A stretch of 27,940 nucleotides of DNA from a virus. Taxonomy: Duplodnaviria; Caudoviricetes. How positions within the stretch are numbered: the first letter of the stretch is position 1; every line of letters starts with the position of its first letter. Of the stretch, positions 1 to 9,027 are shown in pieces. The stretch covers positions 1-27,940 of the IMG/VR virus record IMGVR_UViG_3300030332_002465; one strand, written 5' to 3'. The translations under genes were made by a program, and so were the position numbers. Below the pieces are notes generated by a model. It was not told the DNA's origin and made no database searches. It worked only from the letters and a program-made list of their open reading frames with translations.

Positions 1-195
1 GTCTCGGGACACGTTCAGCGTCGCGTTGGTATCCCCGGTGATGTAGTAAAGCGTATCGCCCAGGGCGGCCATGATCGGGTTCACCACATCTGACAGGTTC
101 TCGCGGCCTACCGGCTCCCACTGAGGAAATCCGTCTACCGGGGCGTTACTGGAGATCTGGCCGGCGCCAAGTTCTAACGGTCTGATGATCTTCAT
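1..195 (-). CDS. Tail protein following the tape measure (5' part only; MKIIRPLELGAGQISSNAPVDGFPQWEP...)
   Basis: ATG at 195-193 overlaps the tape measure stop (ATGA). Frame stays open to the window edge. Function inferred from position. Confidence 0.7.
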   Translation of the reverse strand, partial: MKIIRPLELGAGQISSNAPVDGFPQWEPVGRENLSDVVNPIMAALGDTLYYITGDTNATLNVSRD

Positions 196-3100
196 TCGCG
201 CACCTCGATGCCGTCGATTTCCAGGCGCTCAAGGATCCGGGCTGTGCGCTGGGTGTGCTTGGCAATGGAGCGCTGCGAACCCTGAATCTCGCTTCTGAGC
301 TGGCGCACTTCCATCAGCAACGCCTGGTTGCTGGCGCTGGACGCGCTGGACGATGAGCCAGACGCAACCGCTGCGGCCGCCGCCGGTACCGCCTGGGTGG
401 CGGCCGTGTTCTGGTCGACGGACGTCTGCAGATCCACCAGCGCCTGCAGCTGCTCGGCATTGCCTTTTTCCAACGCTTCCAACTGGCGGTCCAGGCTGTC
501 CAGCATCCGCTGTTCCACGGTCACCTGTTCCTGGGTGATCGCGTCCAGGTCAGACAGCAGTCCGCCTGTCGCGCCCACTTCCCGGATGTAAGCCTCAAAG
601 CTGCCGTACTGGTTGGCGTTGATATTGGAGGCCGTGCCCAGCGCTGAATTAAGAGCGTCACCAGGGCGGACCACGCCGGCGCTTGCCATCTGGCGCAGGC
701 TGGCCAGTGCCGATTCACGGCGGGCCTGGCTGAACGCCTCGGATTCGACAGACAGGCCACTGATAGCATCGCGCACGGATCGGGCTGCGTCTTCGGCATC
801 GCGCAGGCTGTCGACCACCAGCGTGCGCTGGCCCTGGATCAGCTCTTCCTGGGCACGCAGCGCCTCGGCCTGGTAATCCTCCAACCTGGTGTAGTAGTCG
901 TCCGCCACTTGCTGCAGGCGCAACAGCAGCGCGACATTGTCAGCGCCGGAGGCGGTGGCCGCGTTCTGGGCTTGCAGCAGGTCGTAAAATCCCTGCCTAG
1001 TGTTTGGCAATTGCAGCCCGGCGCGTTCCAGCGATCGGGTCAGGTCGGACTGCGCCAACTCGAACTGGCGGGCGTCCGTGGCGAAGTTGCCAATGAAACC
1101 CTGCATCGAGTTGATGAACTGCTCGATGCCGCCGGAGGCTTCAATCAGGCGCTCAGACGCCGCCACCAGGTCACGCCCCGCCAGCTCGCTGAACTGCAGC
1201 CCCAGGCGGTTGACCGCTTCCTCGGTGATCTGCACGAAGTTGGCCACCCGCACCAGGGTTTCACCCAGACCTTCGCCGGCTTCCTGGAACTCTTCCAGGA
1301 ACGGGAACAGGCCGCCGGCCGCATCGTCCAGTACCTGACCAAAATACGCCTCAAGTTCCTTTTGCTGCTGGGCCGGTGACAGATCCTCCAGGCTGATTCG
1401 GGCGGTGCCCACACGGCCCCGGCCCAATGCGTCCATCAGGGACTCTTCCTGGTAACCAATGGCCAGGCCGGCTTCCAGAACCGTATCGAAAATCGATGCA
1501 AACACGGCGCTGAACTGGCGCTCCACGTCGCCGCCAATACGCTGGAACCGCTCCTTGGTGTCGTAGTCATCAAAAGCGTGTTTCTTCACACGGAAGGTGG
1601 CGTAGGCATTAACAATCGTCTCGTCGATCAGGTCGCTCATATAGCCACCAATGATCTGCACGCCCTCGTCTCGCTTCTTCGATTTGCCGCCCAACAGGTC
1701 GCCCAGGTCGACAAGGCCCAGGGTGAGAATGTTGGTGGCCTCGTCCCAGAAATCGAACGCAAGGCCCAGGGTCTCGTCGAAGATCGGCAGCAGCCCGCCG
1801 GTGGCATCGGCAAAGAGGTCACCGCCGCTCATCACGCCAGGTGATCCGATGGAGATACCGCCACGGCCTCGGGCTATCCGATCGCTGGCGCCGGAAATGC
1901 CGGATTGCAGATTCTGCAAGGCGTAGAGCATGCCCTGGTTGATGCCAATCAGCTGGCCAATTCCGCTTTCAGAGGCTTCCACCGCCCGGCGGATGCTCTC
2001 GGATTTGGCGTTGATATCGCCGAGTACGGTACCGGTGCCCTGGGCGGCTTGGCGGTCGGCCGTTGGGTCCCAGTCGTCGCTGAAGTAGTCATCCAGTTCT
2101 TTGATGGCCAGTTGGACGGCGCCGCCGGCCACAGCGCCGAGCATTGGCCCGGCGAAGGCGGCGGCAAGCTGCTGACCAACGCCGCTCTGGGCGGTCAAAT
2201 CCTTCGCCAGGCTTTTGGTGACGGTGTCGTCAATGATGGACGATATGGAGGCGGCAAGGGTGTTGCCGATCGCATCGCCGATGGTGTCCCACTCGCCGGA
2301 AGCGATGGCGTTCTGCACGGCCTGGGAGACGCGGGCGGCGGCATCTTCGAATGGGTTTACGAACCGCTCTGCGGATTCCTCGCCAGCATTGGCGAAGGAC
2401 TGAACCAGGGCATCCATCGCACCCTGAAACTTCTCAGGAGTCAGGTCACCTTCGGCTAATGCTTCGCGGAGAAGATCGGCGTTCTGGGCAAACTGCTCAA
2501 ACTCGGAACCGACGGGATCTAGCTTGGTAAGCAGGCTATCAAGACTCTGCTCATATTCCCTCTGAGCCTTTTCCGCTTCCTTGGTCGCGATGGCATTCTT
2601 TTCGTGGGTGTAGATCTGCTCGTAAGATGCGCGAATTGAGCGTATCTGTGCCTCAGTTGCATCGTTGTCCCTGGCCGTTTTAATGTCCGCTGCTTCGTTA
2701 TAGCGGATCATTTCTAACGTATTCTTCCCAAGAGTTTCGGCCTGTACTTCAAGTTTGCTGACAAGCTCATTGACTTTCTCAGCTGCTTCGCCGCCTGAAA
2801 CAGATCCAAGATCATCAATGATTGACTTGAGGAATTGTGCCCGTTCTTCCGCTGTGCGCGCAGCGTCAAAGAACTCGCCCAGGCTACCTACCAATGGCTG
2901 GAGCGCATCGCTGTCTGACCCAACTCCGGTCGATATTTCGGCGATCACTCTTTCCAGTTCACGGATATTCTCGATGGCAGGATCCGCGTCAACGCGACGT
3001 AGTGCTATGAATATCTTTCTCGCTGCCTCCGTGCCAGCATCCCCGGTCAACTCCAATGAGTCGCGAAGGTCGGCGATCGCGCCAGCTGTCACCCTTCCGA

Positions 3101-3770
3101 TGGTGGGGTTACCTTCGAAGAAATCAGAGAGATTGGAAAAGCCAACGGTATCGGCAATGTCATCAAAGGAATCCCGAATCGAATTCGCGGCGCTTTTAGT
3201 CGCCTGCTCGGCGGCTTGCATCGCTGAAACGATCCGCGCTCTGGCAGCAATCTCGCTTTCCCTCGCAAGATCGCGGATTTCCTTGGTAAGGGTGGGTATA
3301 CCGTCATTTTCTTCAATGGTGTTTTCCAGACGCTCCATTGCTTTGTCCAGAGCTTCGGCAGCGTCTGCACCATCCATCATGGAACTGGCAAATAGCCCGC
3401 CTACAACACTGCCAATCGCAACTACGGCGCCCAATAGCGCTCCACCAGGGCCCAGAATGCCAAGCAACTGCGAACCCTGCTGGCCAATGGCCACAAACGC
3501 ACTGGTACCGGAACCGATCTGCACCGCCAGGTCTTGGAACTGGAAGCCCGCCTGTTGCAGCGAGCCCTTCTGCAGCTTGAACATCCTTGTAGCCTCATCG
3601 CCGGCTGTGGTGAGTCCAGACATTCCGGACGCTGTGCCACGGGTTCTTGATGAGGTAGTGCCCAGGGTTTCGTTCAGGCCCCGAACCTCATTTTTGGTAT
3701 TGCGAACGGTGCCGGCCACACCCTGGTTGGTGGCGGTCAGTCGCAATCTCAAATCGAGGTCTTTACTCAT
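192..3770 (-). CDS. Tail tape measure protein
   Basis: 1192 aa, Ala-rich and helical. Lambda-like TMP N-terminal motif (GFQFQDLAVQIGSG...QQGSQL). Follows tube and chaperone genes. Confidence 0.92.
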   Translation of the reverse strand: MSKDLDLRLRLTATNQGVAGTVRNTKNEVRGLNETLGTTSSRTRGTASGMSGLTTAGDEATRMFKLQKGSLQQAGFQFQDLAVQIGSGTSAFVAIGQQGSQLLGILGPGGALLGAVVAIGSVVGGLFASSMMDGADAAEALDKAMERLENTIEENDGIPTLTKEIRDLARESEIAARARIVSAMQAAEQATKSAANSIRDSFDDIADTVGFSNLSDFFEGNPTIGRVTAGAIADLRDSLELTGDAGTEAARKIFIALRRVDADPAIENIRELERVIAEISTGVGSDSDALQPLVGSLGEFFDAARTAEERAQFLKSIIDDLGSVSGGEAAEKVNELVSKLEVQAETLGKNTLEMIRYNEAADIKTARDNDATEAQIRSIRASYEQIYTHEKNAIATKEAEKAQREYEQSLDSLLTKLDPVGSEFEQFAQNADLLREALAEGDLTPEKFQGAMDALVQSFANAGEESAERFVNPFEDAAARVSQAVQNAIASGEWDTIGDAIGNTLAASISSIIDDTVTKSLAKDLTAQSGVGQQLAAAFAGPMLGAVAGGAVQLAIKELDDYFSDDWDPTADRQAAQGTGTVLGDINAKSESIRRAVEASESGIGQLIGINQGMLYALQNLQSGISGASDRIARGRGGISIGSPGVMSGGDLFADATGGLLPIFDETLGLAFDFWDEATNILTLGLVDLGDLLGGKSKKRDEGVQIIGGYMSDLIDETIVNAYATFRVKKHAFDDYDTKERFQRIGGDVERQFSAVFASIFDTVLEAGLAIGYQEESLMDALGRGRVGTARISLEDLSPAQQQKELEAYFGQVLDDAAGGLFPFLEEFQEAGEGLGETLVRVANFVQITEEAVNRLGLQFSELAGRDLVAASERLIEASGGIEQFINSMQGFIGNFATDARQFELAQSDLTRSLERAGLQLPNTRQGFYDLLQAQNAATASGADNVALLLRLQQVADDYYTRLEDYQAEALRAQEELIQGQRTLVVDSLRDAEDAARSVRDAISGLSVESEAFSQARRESALASLRQMASAGVVRPGDALNSALGTASNINANQYGSFEAYIREVGATGGLLSDLDAITQEQVTVEQRMLDSLDRQLEALEKGNAEQLQALVDLQTSVDQNTAATQAVPAAAAAVASGSSSSASSASNQALLMEVRQLRSEIQGSQRSIAKHTQRTARILERLEIDGIEVRE

Positions 3771-4121
3771 GTTTGGTCCTGTTTTTCAGCCAAGGCAGCT
3801 AACACTTCGGATTCGATTTGCTGCAACCGCCAGAAGGCGTCCTGAGGGTCTTCAATATCAGTGCGGCGCATCACCACATCCACGCCCGAGTAATCCCCGC
3901 CATTCCGGCATGCCGCCACTGGGTACAACACTTCAAAAAGAGCGTTACGGCTTCCCAGTTCTCCGGCAGCACCGGGTAATCCTGGGCCTCTTCGGCGACA
4001 AATCGGGCGGCGTCCGGCATGTCGATGCCAAAGGCCGCCAGATCCGATTCCAGCCCGCCTGGGTCAGCCTTGCGGCCCTCTACCCAGAAGCGCCCCGCGC
4101 CCCTCAGGTTCGCGGTCGGTT
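3767..4121 (-). pseudogene. Tail assembly chaperone GT extension (DUF1799-like), interrupted by a frameshift near 3891-3897
   Basis: The -1 frame after the slippery site reads ...VLPENWEAVTLFLKCCTQWRHAGMAGI and stops at 3873-3871. The expected C-terminus (DYSGVDVVMRR...RLQQIESEVLAALAEKQDQT) is in another frame and ends overlapping the TMP ATG. Confidence 0.7.
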
Positions 4122-4427
4122 CTTTTTTGTGATGCTCTCCTGGTAGGCGGCGACCATGGCGGCGCTGACAGATGGATCATCCTTTAGCGTTTCCACAAGC
4201 GCCTCGCCTTGTAGAGGCTTGCCGTCGTCGCCTGGCACTTCGACGCCTTCGACGTTGACCAGAACCAGATCCAGCAGACGCTTGTCCGCATTGCTTTCAT
4301 CGCGAAGAGCGCTGTTGGGCATGACTTTAAAGGTCGCAGTGAAGCGCCCGGTCTGTTCCTTTTCTCCGTCAAAGATCGTGACGGATACCGGGTACTGGTA
4401 GCAGCGGTTTTTGTTCATTTTGAACAT
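4104..4427 (-). CDS. Tail assembly chaperone (G-like)
   Basis: 107 aa between tube and TMP. RBS upstream. Ends at a slippery site. Confidence 0.8.
   Translation of the reverse strand: MFKMNKNRCYQYPVSVTIFDGEKEQTGRFTATFKVMPNSALRDESNADKRLLDLVLVNVEGVEVPGDDGKPLQGEALVETLKDDPSVSAAMVAAYQESITKKNRPRT
4122..4128 (-). other. Programmed -1 ribosomal frameshift site A AAA AAG
   Basis: In-frame ACA AAA AAG near the end of the chaperone gene. The -1 frame is open into the DUF1799-like sequence. Confidence 0.8.
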
Positions 4428-4440
4428 AAGGGAGGGTTCC

Positions 4441-5379
4441 TTATTTGACGGTGACTACCAGCTCGTCGTTGCCGGTGTCGGGGTTGATAGTCAGCGGTAC
4501 AGACAGCATCTGTACGCCGTTCAGGTCCTGCTCGGTGGGGCTACCGCTGCCGATCTTCGGCGCTGCGAACTCCACGATGTTGCCGGCCACGGTGCCGTGG
4601 GTAACGGCCAGGGTGCCCTGTGACGCATCCTTGGCCTTGGTGTACAGGTCCAGAGTGGCCAGCTCGGGTTCCTGGATAACGGCAGTACCGGACGGCGCCC
4701 GGTCAACGATCAGGATGGAAGAACCGGCGCCAACCACCTGGTGCTTCACCGACTCCACCGCCATGTCCAGGGTGAGCTGGCTGAAGCTCACCGCTGCACC
4801 GTGCAGGGTCAGCGCGGTGGTGTTGGCGTTGGTGACCGGCAGCGGCGTCAGGAAGCCGGAATAGTCTGCGGTTGTTGGCATCGCCTCGTTGCTGATGGTG
4901 CCCAGCAGGCCCATGAAGTTGAACGTCATGAACGGAATGTTGTTGACGTCCAGGCGGAAGCTCACAGAGCCACGGCCACCGGTGAACTTGTGGAGTACTC
5001 CATCGCGGTGGATCCAGCAGCTGATGGATTCTTCCGAATCGGTGATGGGGTTGTAGACTACATCCGTGCCAGGCGTGAGCGTTTCGGCGAATCCACAAGC
5101 GCGAAGCAGTGGCCCCCAGGCGGGTGCATCGCCTGCGGTACCGGAACCGGTCAGCTCCACTTCCAGTTGCAGCTCAACGTGCTTTTCACCCGCGATGGAC
5201 TGGGTGTTGCCGTAGTAGCTGCGCAGCAGGTTACGGTCGATATCGGCGCCGGCCAGCGGCGTGACGCTGACAGACCTGGTTAGAATAGAATTGGCCGCCG
5301 GCGTCGGTGCTGGATCGGTGCCGTAGGTGGTCTCAATTGCCGCCAGGATCAGCCGGCGGCGCATCTTGAATCCGTCCAT
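4441..5379 (-). CDS. Major tail tube protein
   Basis: 312 aa, beta-rich, with ETTYGTDP and LLRACGFAET motifs typical of siphoviral tube proteins. No sheath gene nearby. Confidence 0.82.
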   Translation of the reverse strand: MDGFKMRRRLILAAIETTYGTDPAPTPAANSILTRSVSVTPLAGADIDRNLLRSYYGNTQSIAGEKHVELQLEVELTGSGTAGDAPAWGPLLRACGFAETLTPGTDVVYNPITDSEESISCWIHRDGVLHKFTGGRGSVSFRLDVNNIPFMTFNFMGLLGTISNEAMPTTADYSGFLTPLPVTNANTTALTLHGAAVSFSQLTLDMAVESVKHQVVGAGSSILIVDRAPSGTAVIQEPELATLDLYTKAKDASQGTLAVTHGTVAGNIVEFAAPKIGSGSPTEQDLNGVQMLSVPLTINPDTGNDELVVTVK

Positions 5380-5385
5380 AATGGT

Positions 5386-5520
5386 TTACTCCTTTACAGA
5401 GGTTGGCTGATCGGCTTTCTTTGGCTCAGCCGTTTTGGGCTTGCTACGGGGAACTGGATTACCCTTGCTGTCCCGCTGGTACTGGCCGCCGGTCTGCGGC
5501 AGCTTCCGTTTTTTGGTCAT
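5386..5520 (-). CDS. Small basic protein (44 aa, MTKKRKLPQTGGQYQRDSKGNPVP...)
   Basis: ATGA overlap with the upstream gene. Fills the gap before the tube gene. Below the ORF-track cutoff. Confidence 0.65.
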   Translation of the reverse strand: MTKKRKLPQTGGQYQRDSKGNPVPRSKPKTAEPKKADQPTSVKE

Positions 5521-5930
5521 AAGCTCCACCAGTAATCGGTTTTGAACGCATCAACCCAGTAAAGGGCGTTGCTTTTAAGAGCCATAAGCTGGCCCCCCTG
5601 CCAGGTAACTTCGATATCGGAGCCAGTCGGCAGCCAGTTGATCAGTTGCTGCAAGGTCGGCTCTCTCAGTGCCTTGAGTTCGTCCACCATTTTGGCGCCC
5701 AGCGGCTGGTTTCCCCTGGGCACGGCGGTGACCACGAGTACTTCAGCCACGATTCGATGGCGGGAGCCGGCCCCGGCGCTCAAAGGCGCGGTAACGACCG
5801 TTTCCCGCCCCGGAACCACCACCAAAGCGGGCAACGTGCGCGACTGCTGGGCCGCATCAACATCAGCGGCCATGACGGCCTGTTGCTCCGGCGTTGAGAT
5901 CCGGTTTACCCACTCGACCAGGTCCAACAT
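5517..5930 (-). CDS. Tail completion/terminator protein (Mu gp37-like)
   Basis: 137 aa directly after the gp36-like gene. Assigned by size and synteny. Confidence 0.65.
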   Translation of the reverse strand: MLDLVEWVNRISTPEQQAVMAADVDAAQQSRTLPALVVVPGRETVVTAPLSAGAGSRHRIVAEVLVVTAVPRGNQPLGAKMVDELKALREPTLQQLINWLPTGSDIEVTWQGGQLMALKSNALYWVDAFKTDYWWSL

Positions 5931-6352
5931 CAGATGTATCCCTTGCTGTCGTTCCGATCCCAGATCCGGCCACCGGAAGTGATCTCCGCGCCATCGTTAG
6001 AAGTGGGTGAATCACCGGTATCGCTAACGCCTACCGAAACTCGCCCCATCGACACCTGGCGCAGGAGATCAACGGCGGCTTTATAGCGGATTTCCACCGG
6101 CTCCGGGATGTTGTCGTCGTGTAAGTGATACCTGGCGATGTCCGCGCACACCCGAACCAGAACGGTTGGGGTTGTGCTGAGCGGCAGTTGGTACCGCGAA
6201 GCCAGGTAACCATCAATTTCGGCAGTGGCGTCAGCCAGGGCACGGTCCAGAACCGTGACGTCGATCGCCCCGGTATGGTCGCGGTCGGTGAGCTGGATCA
6301 GTTCCTGCTCGCCGAACCGCTGTTCCATGTCGACCTGGCTGGCGTAACTCAT
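5930..6352 (-). CDS. Head-tail adaptor, Mu gp36-like (DUF1320)
   Basis: MSYASQVDMEQRFGEQELIQLTD...EIDGYLASRYQLPL...CADIARYHL signature. Confidence 0.9.
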   Translation of the reverse strand: MSYASQVDMEQRFGEQELIQLTDRDHTGAIDVTVLDRALADATAEIDGYLASRYQLPLSTTPTVLVRVCADIARYHLHDDNIPEPVEIRYKAAVDLLRQVSMGRVSVGVSDTGDSPTSNDGAEITSGGRIWDRNDSKGYI

Positions 6353-6834
6353 TTGCGCGTTGCCGAGATGTGCGGATCCGCCTCGATGAGTTCTGCGACC
6401 TCTTCAGTCACAGCCACCTCGCGCGGCTCCTGGGTGACAATCACACCGCCCCTAATACGGCGCGGCAGACGGGTGACCACTTCCAGGGTGATCTCGCCTT
6501 CCGAGGCGTCCTCACTGGGATCCTCGGAAAGGTTGCCTTCCGTGGCAGGCCCCCGCTCCTTGCTCTGGTCGTCACCTTCTTCCGATTTTGTCTCAGGCGC
6601 TCCAGGCGCTGTCACAGACTCATCACCGTTAGAAGGTGGGTTGTTGGAATCCTTGGCAGCGTCACCAGTGCCAGAAGCCTGCGCCTCAGTGCTGGTGTCG
6701 GGCTGGCCCGGCGTTGCAGCTTCTGCCGCTTGCTGAGCGTTTTCCTGCGCCTTGGAGTCCTCCGGCTTGCTAGCCGGCTTCTTGGCCGCAGGCTGCTTTG
6801 CAGCAGCCTGGGCAGTCGTTTTTTTTGCAGCCAT
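6349..6834 (-). CDS. Mu gp35/HI1506-like protein with long low-complexity N-terminus
   Basis: Lies between capsid and gp36. AK-rich then acidic disordered region, followed by a ~45 aa domain ending LIEADPHI. RBS GGAGG. Confidence 0.65.
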   Translation of the reverse strand: MAAKKTTAQAAAKQPAAKKPASKPEDSKAQENAQQAAEAATPGQPDTSTEAQASGTGDAAKDSNNPPSNGDESVTAPGAPETKSEEGDDQSKERGPATEGNLSEDPSEDASEGEITLEVVTRLPRRIRGGVIVTQEPREVAVTEEVAELIEADPHISATRK

Positions 6835-6845
6835 CAGTTACCTCC

Positions 6846-7757
6846 TTAGCTCAGCCAGGGTGTTACCAGAAGATTTGCAGTGTTCTGGTAAACGTTGGTG
6901 GCACCGGCAGCGTCGCGTCCCGCTTTCAATACCTCGAAAGCCGATTGCTCTAGCGTGGGCGGTACCACCAGCAGCGTTGGACGAACACCCATCGGGCGGC
7001 CACCATCGGCCTTGAAGTTCATCATCGCGGTACGGGCGGCGGCGTAGTTGGCGGCGTTCAACGGTTGCTGTGACTTGTACGCCATCTGCCAGAAGCCAAA
7101 GCCGACGTTGGAGCGGGCACGCACGCCGTAGCGGTATTCGTCCGCCGTGAATACATGCTCGTCGTCGTTCTTGGTCATCTGTTGCAGGTCCGCAGGGATG
7201 CGTTCCTGGTAGATGATGGGCTTGATCGCCCGGCTCACATCCAGCAGGTACCAGGCGGCACCCGGATCGGTAGCCGGAATGTCTTGGTTCGCGACCGTTG
7301 CCGGTGTGCCGGTACCGTCCACGTTCGGGTAGACCGGGTGATCGGTATCGAAGAAGTTCTGGCCGTCGTAGCACAGCGTGGAACCACCAGCCGCCAACAG
7401 GGTGAACACCAGCTCGTCCGGATGGATTGCCGCTGCGCGGCCCATTTCCTGGAACAGCATGGCGTAAGCGCCGATGTTGTCGTCTTCGATGTCGGTGCGG
7501 GCTACGCCCACGGTGGACTCGAACAGCTTGTTCGTGATCTCGTAGCCATGCGCCTGCATGTCTTTGATCACCCGGTCACCTACCCACTCGCGGAAGGTCG
7601 GGAACTGCCCCAACCAGCCGTAGGTGTTGGAACGTGAGCTGCTCCCCACACGGGAGGCCACCTGGTCCCATTGCGGCTCTGCCATGGTTTGACCAGCCTG
7701 ATATTCCTTTTTGTAGCTGGTCATCAAGGCAACTAGAAGTGCCGGAGTAATAATCAT
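6846..7757 (-). CDS. Major capsid protein, Mu gpT-like
   Basis: NTYGWLGQFPTFREWVGDR, CYDGQNFFDTDHPV and GFGFWQMAY motifs. Confidence 0.95.
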   Translation of the reverse strand: MIITPALLVALMTSYKKEYQAGQTMAEPQWDQVASRVGSSSRSNTYGWLGQFPTFREWVGDRVIKDMQAHGYEITNKLFESTVGVARTDIEDDNIGAYAMLFQEMGRAAAIHPDELVFTLLAAGGSTLCYDGQNFFDTDHPVYPNVDGTGTPATVANQDIPATDPGAAWYLLDVSRAIKPIIYQERIPADLQQMTKNDDEHVFTADEYRYGVRARSNVGFGFWQMAYKSQQPLNAANYAAARTAMMNFKADGGRPMGVRPTLLVVPPTLEQSAFEVLKAGRDAAGATNVYQNTANLLVTPWLS

Positions 7758-8278
7758 GCGTTGGTCTCCTCAACCTTGACGCCTTTGGCCTTCAGGAACT
7801 CTTCCGGCGTCTGGTTCATTGCACGGCAAACAGCCAACTCTTCGTCCGTGAGGTGGTTGTCACCTTCGGGGGGCTTCTTGCCATCGGTTTGTTGGCGGCT
7901 CAGCGCAGCGATCGGCTGGGCGTTGTCCAGGTAACTGCGCAGCGCAGCCACATCCTTCGTGCCCAGATCGCGCGCCCAGCCTTCCATGCTCTTCACCAGG
8001 CGGCCGTCATCCAGCCCTTCCTTCACCAGCTGGTCCACTTCACCGGTTTGGATCTGGGTAGAGAGCGCGGCGACTTGGGTCTGCAGCTCGCTCATGGCGG
8101 AGACCGGAACAAACTTCTCCGGGTCCGGTTTTTCGATCTGGGTGCGCAGGGCAGCCACATCGGCCTCGGCTTTGTCCGCTTTATTGGCCTTTTCCATCAA
8201 TGCCTGGATGGCCGCGCGGATCTGCTCGGGGGTGGCGTCAGCCTCCAGCCCGAGCATCTTCAACAGTTCTTCGTCCAC
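7754..8278 (-). CDS. Nested scaffolding protein (Mu gpZ-like), in-frame internal start
   Basis: GAGGAGG at 8293-8287, then 8 nt, then an in-frame GTG at 8278. Coiled-coil C-terminal half, as in Mu I/Z. Confidence 0.65.
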   Translation of the reverse strand: MDEELLKMLGLEADATPEQIRAAIQALMEKANKADKAEADVAALRTQIEKPDPEKFVPVSAMSELQTQVAALSTQIQTGEVDQLVKEGLDDGRLVKSMEGWARDLGTKDVAALRSYLDNAQPIAALSRQQTDGKKPPEGDNHLTDEELAVCRAMNQTPEEFLKAKGVKVEETNA

Positions 8279-8788
8279 GGGTGTTGCCTCCTCGTGTGGG
8301 TGGTGCAGATAACGGGCAGCCGCCACATCGGCGATCCCATCAATGGCCGGGTTATTGGTGACCGCTGCCATCAGCAGCTCTGTCACCGCACCGGATTTGT
8401 CGAACTTGAAAACAGGGGAGAGATAGCGGTATTCGTCGCCTTCGATCATGGCGGCCGCCTTGGCGGTCCATTCCACATCTACCGCATACAGGCCGTCGCC
8501 TTCTCGCCATTCCAGGTTCTGGAACCAGGCAGCGGCCGGGGCCGGGTTGCCGGAGTCCGGAGCGCTCAGGGTCTGGTGCTCGTAGTCAACAACGAAAGGC
8601 GTTTCACGCTGTGTGGCCAGGGCTACAATGCGGCGCGCAATGTCTGCGTCGGTGCGCCAGCCTTTGATGCCATGGGGCCGGCCATCGCGAGCACGGAAGA
8701 CGCCAGCCGGAAACAGCTGGATCTCGGATCCGGCTTTCCGGAGCCTGGTGGTGCAAGCGGCAATCTGAAGGCGAAGTGATGTTTTCAT
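7754..8788 (-). CDS. Prohead protease, Mu gpI-like
   Basis: VVDYEHQTL, APAAAW, YRYLSPVF and TNNPAIDG motifs. ATG at 8788 preferred over the track start at 8815. Confidence 0.92.
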   Translation of the reverse strand: MKTSLRLQIAACTTRLRKAGSEIQLFPAGVFRARDGRPHGIKGWRTDADIARRIVALATQRETPFVVDYEHQTLSAPDSGNPAPAAAWFQNLEWREGDGLYAVDVEWTAKAAAMIEGDEYRYLSPVFKFDKSGAVTELLMAAVTNNPAIDGIADVAAARYLHHPHEEATPVDEELLKMLGLEADATPEQIRAAIQALMEKANKADKAEADVAALRTQIEKPDPEKFVPVSAMSELQTQVAALSTQIQTGEVDQLVKEGLDDGRLVKSMEGWARDLGTKDVAALRSYLDNAQPIAALSRQQTDGKKPPEGDNHLTDEELAVCRAMNQTPEEFLKAKGVKVEETNA

Positions 8789-8844
8789 GGGGCCAGTTTG
8801 GGCACTGGCACGCACAGCCGGAACGCGAATGGATTCGGGTGTTG
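8789..8844 (-). promoter_or_regulatory. Putative activator-dependent late promoter (P-I)
   Basis: CAACACCCGAA-N9-GTTCCG-N18-CAAACT-N6-ATG. Same architecture as at 16540-16595. Confidence 0.7.
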
Positions 8845-9027
8845 ATCAGGGGGAGGTAAAACCGGATTTCGGGGAGGCGTGAACAGGAGAATACCTTTTC
8901 ACGTTGTGCCTGCTCAAGTCTATAGCGTTAGAAGCGCGTTAGATTCTCCTACAGTCGTTGAAACGGATTTATCCGGCATGGTTGGGTGCCTCACAGGTCA
9001 GAATCGATTACAGGCGATCTGAGGCGG

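Noticed and set aside
2755-4146. 463-aa + strand ORF
   Set aside because: Antisense shadow of the tape measure and chaperone genes. Ser-rich, no RBS, no recognisable motifs.
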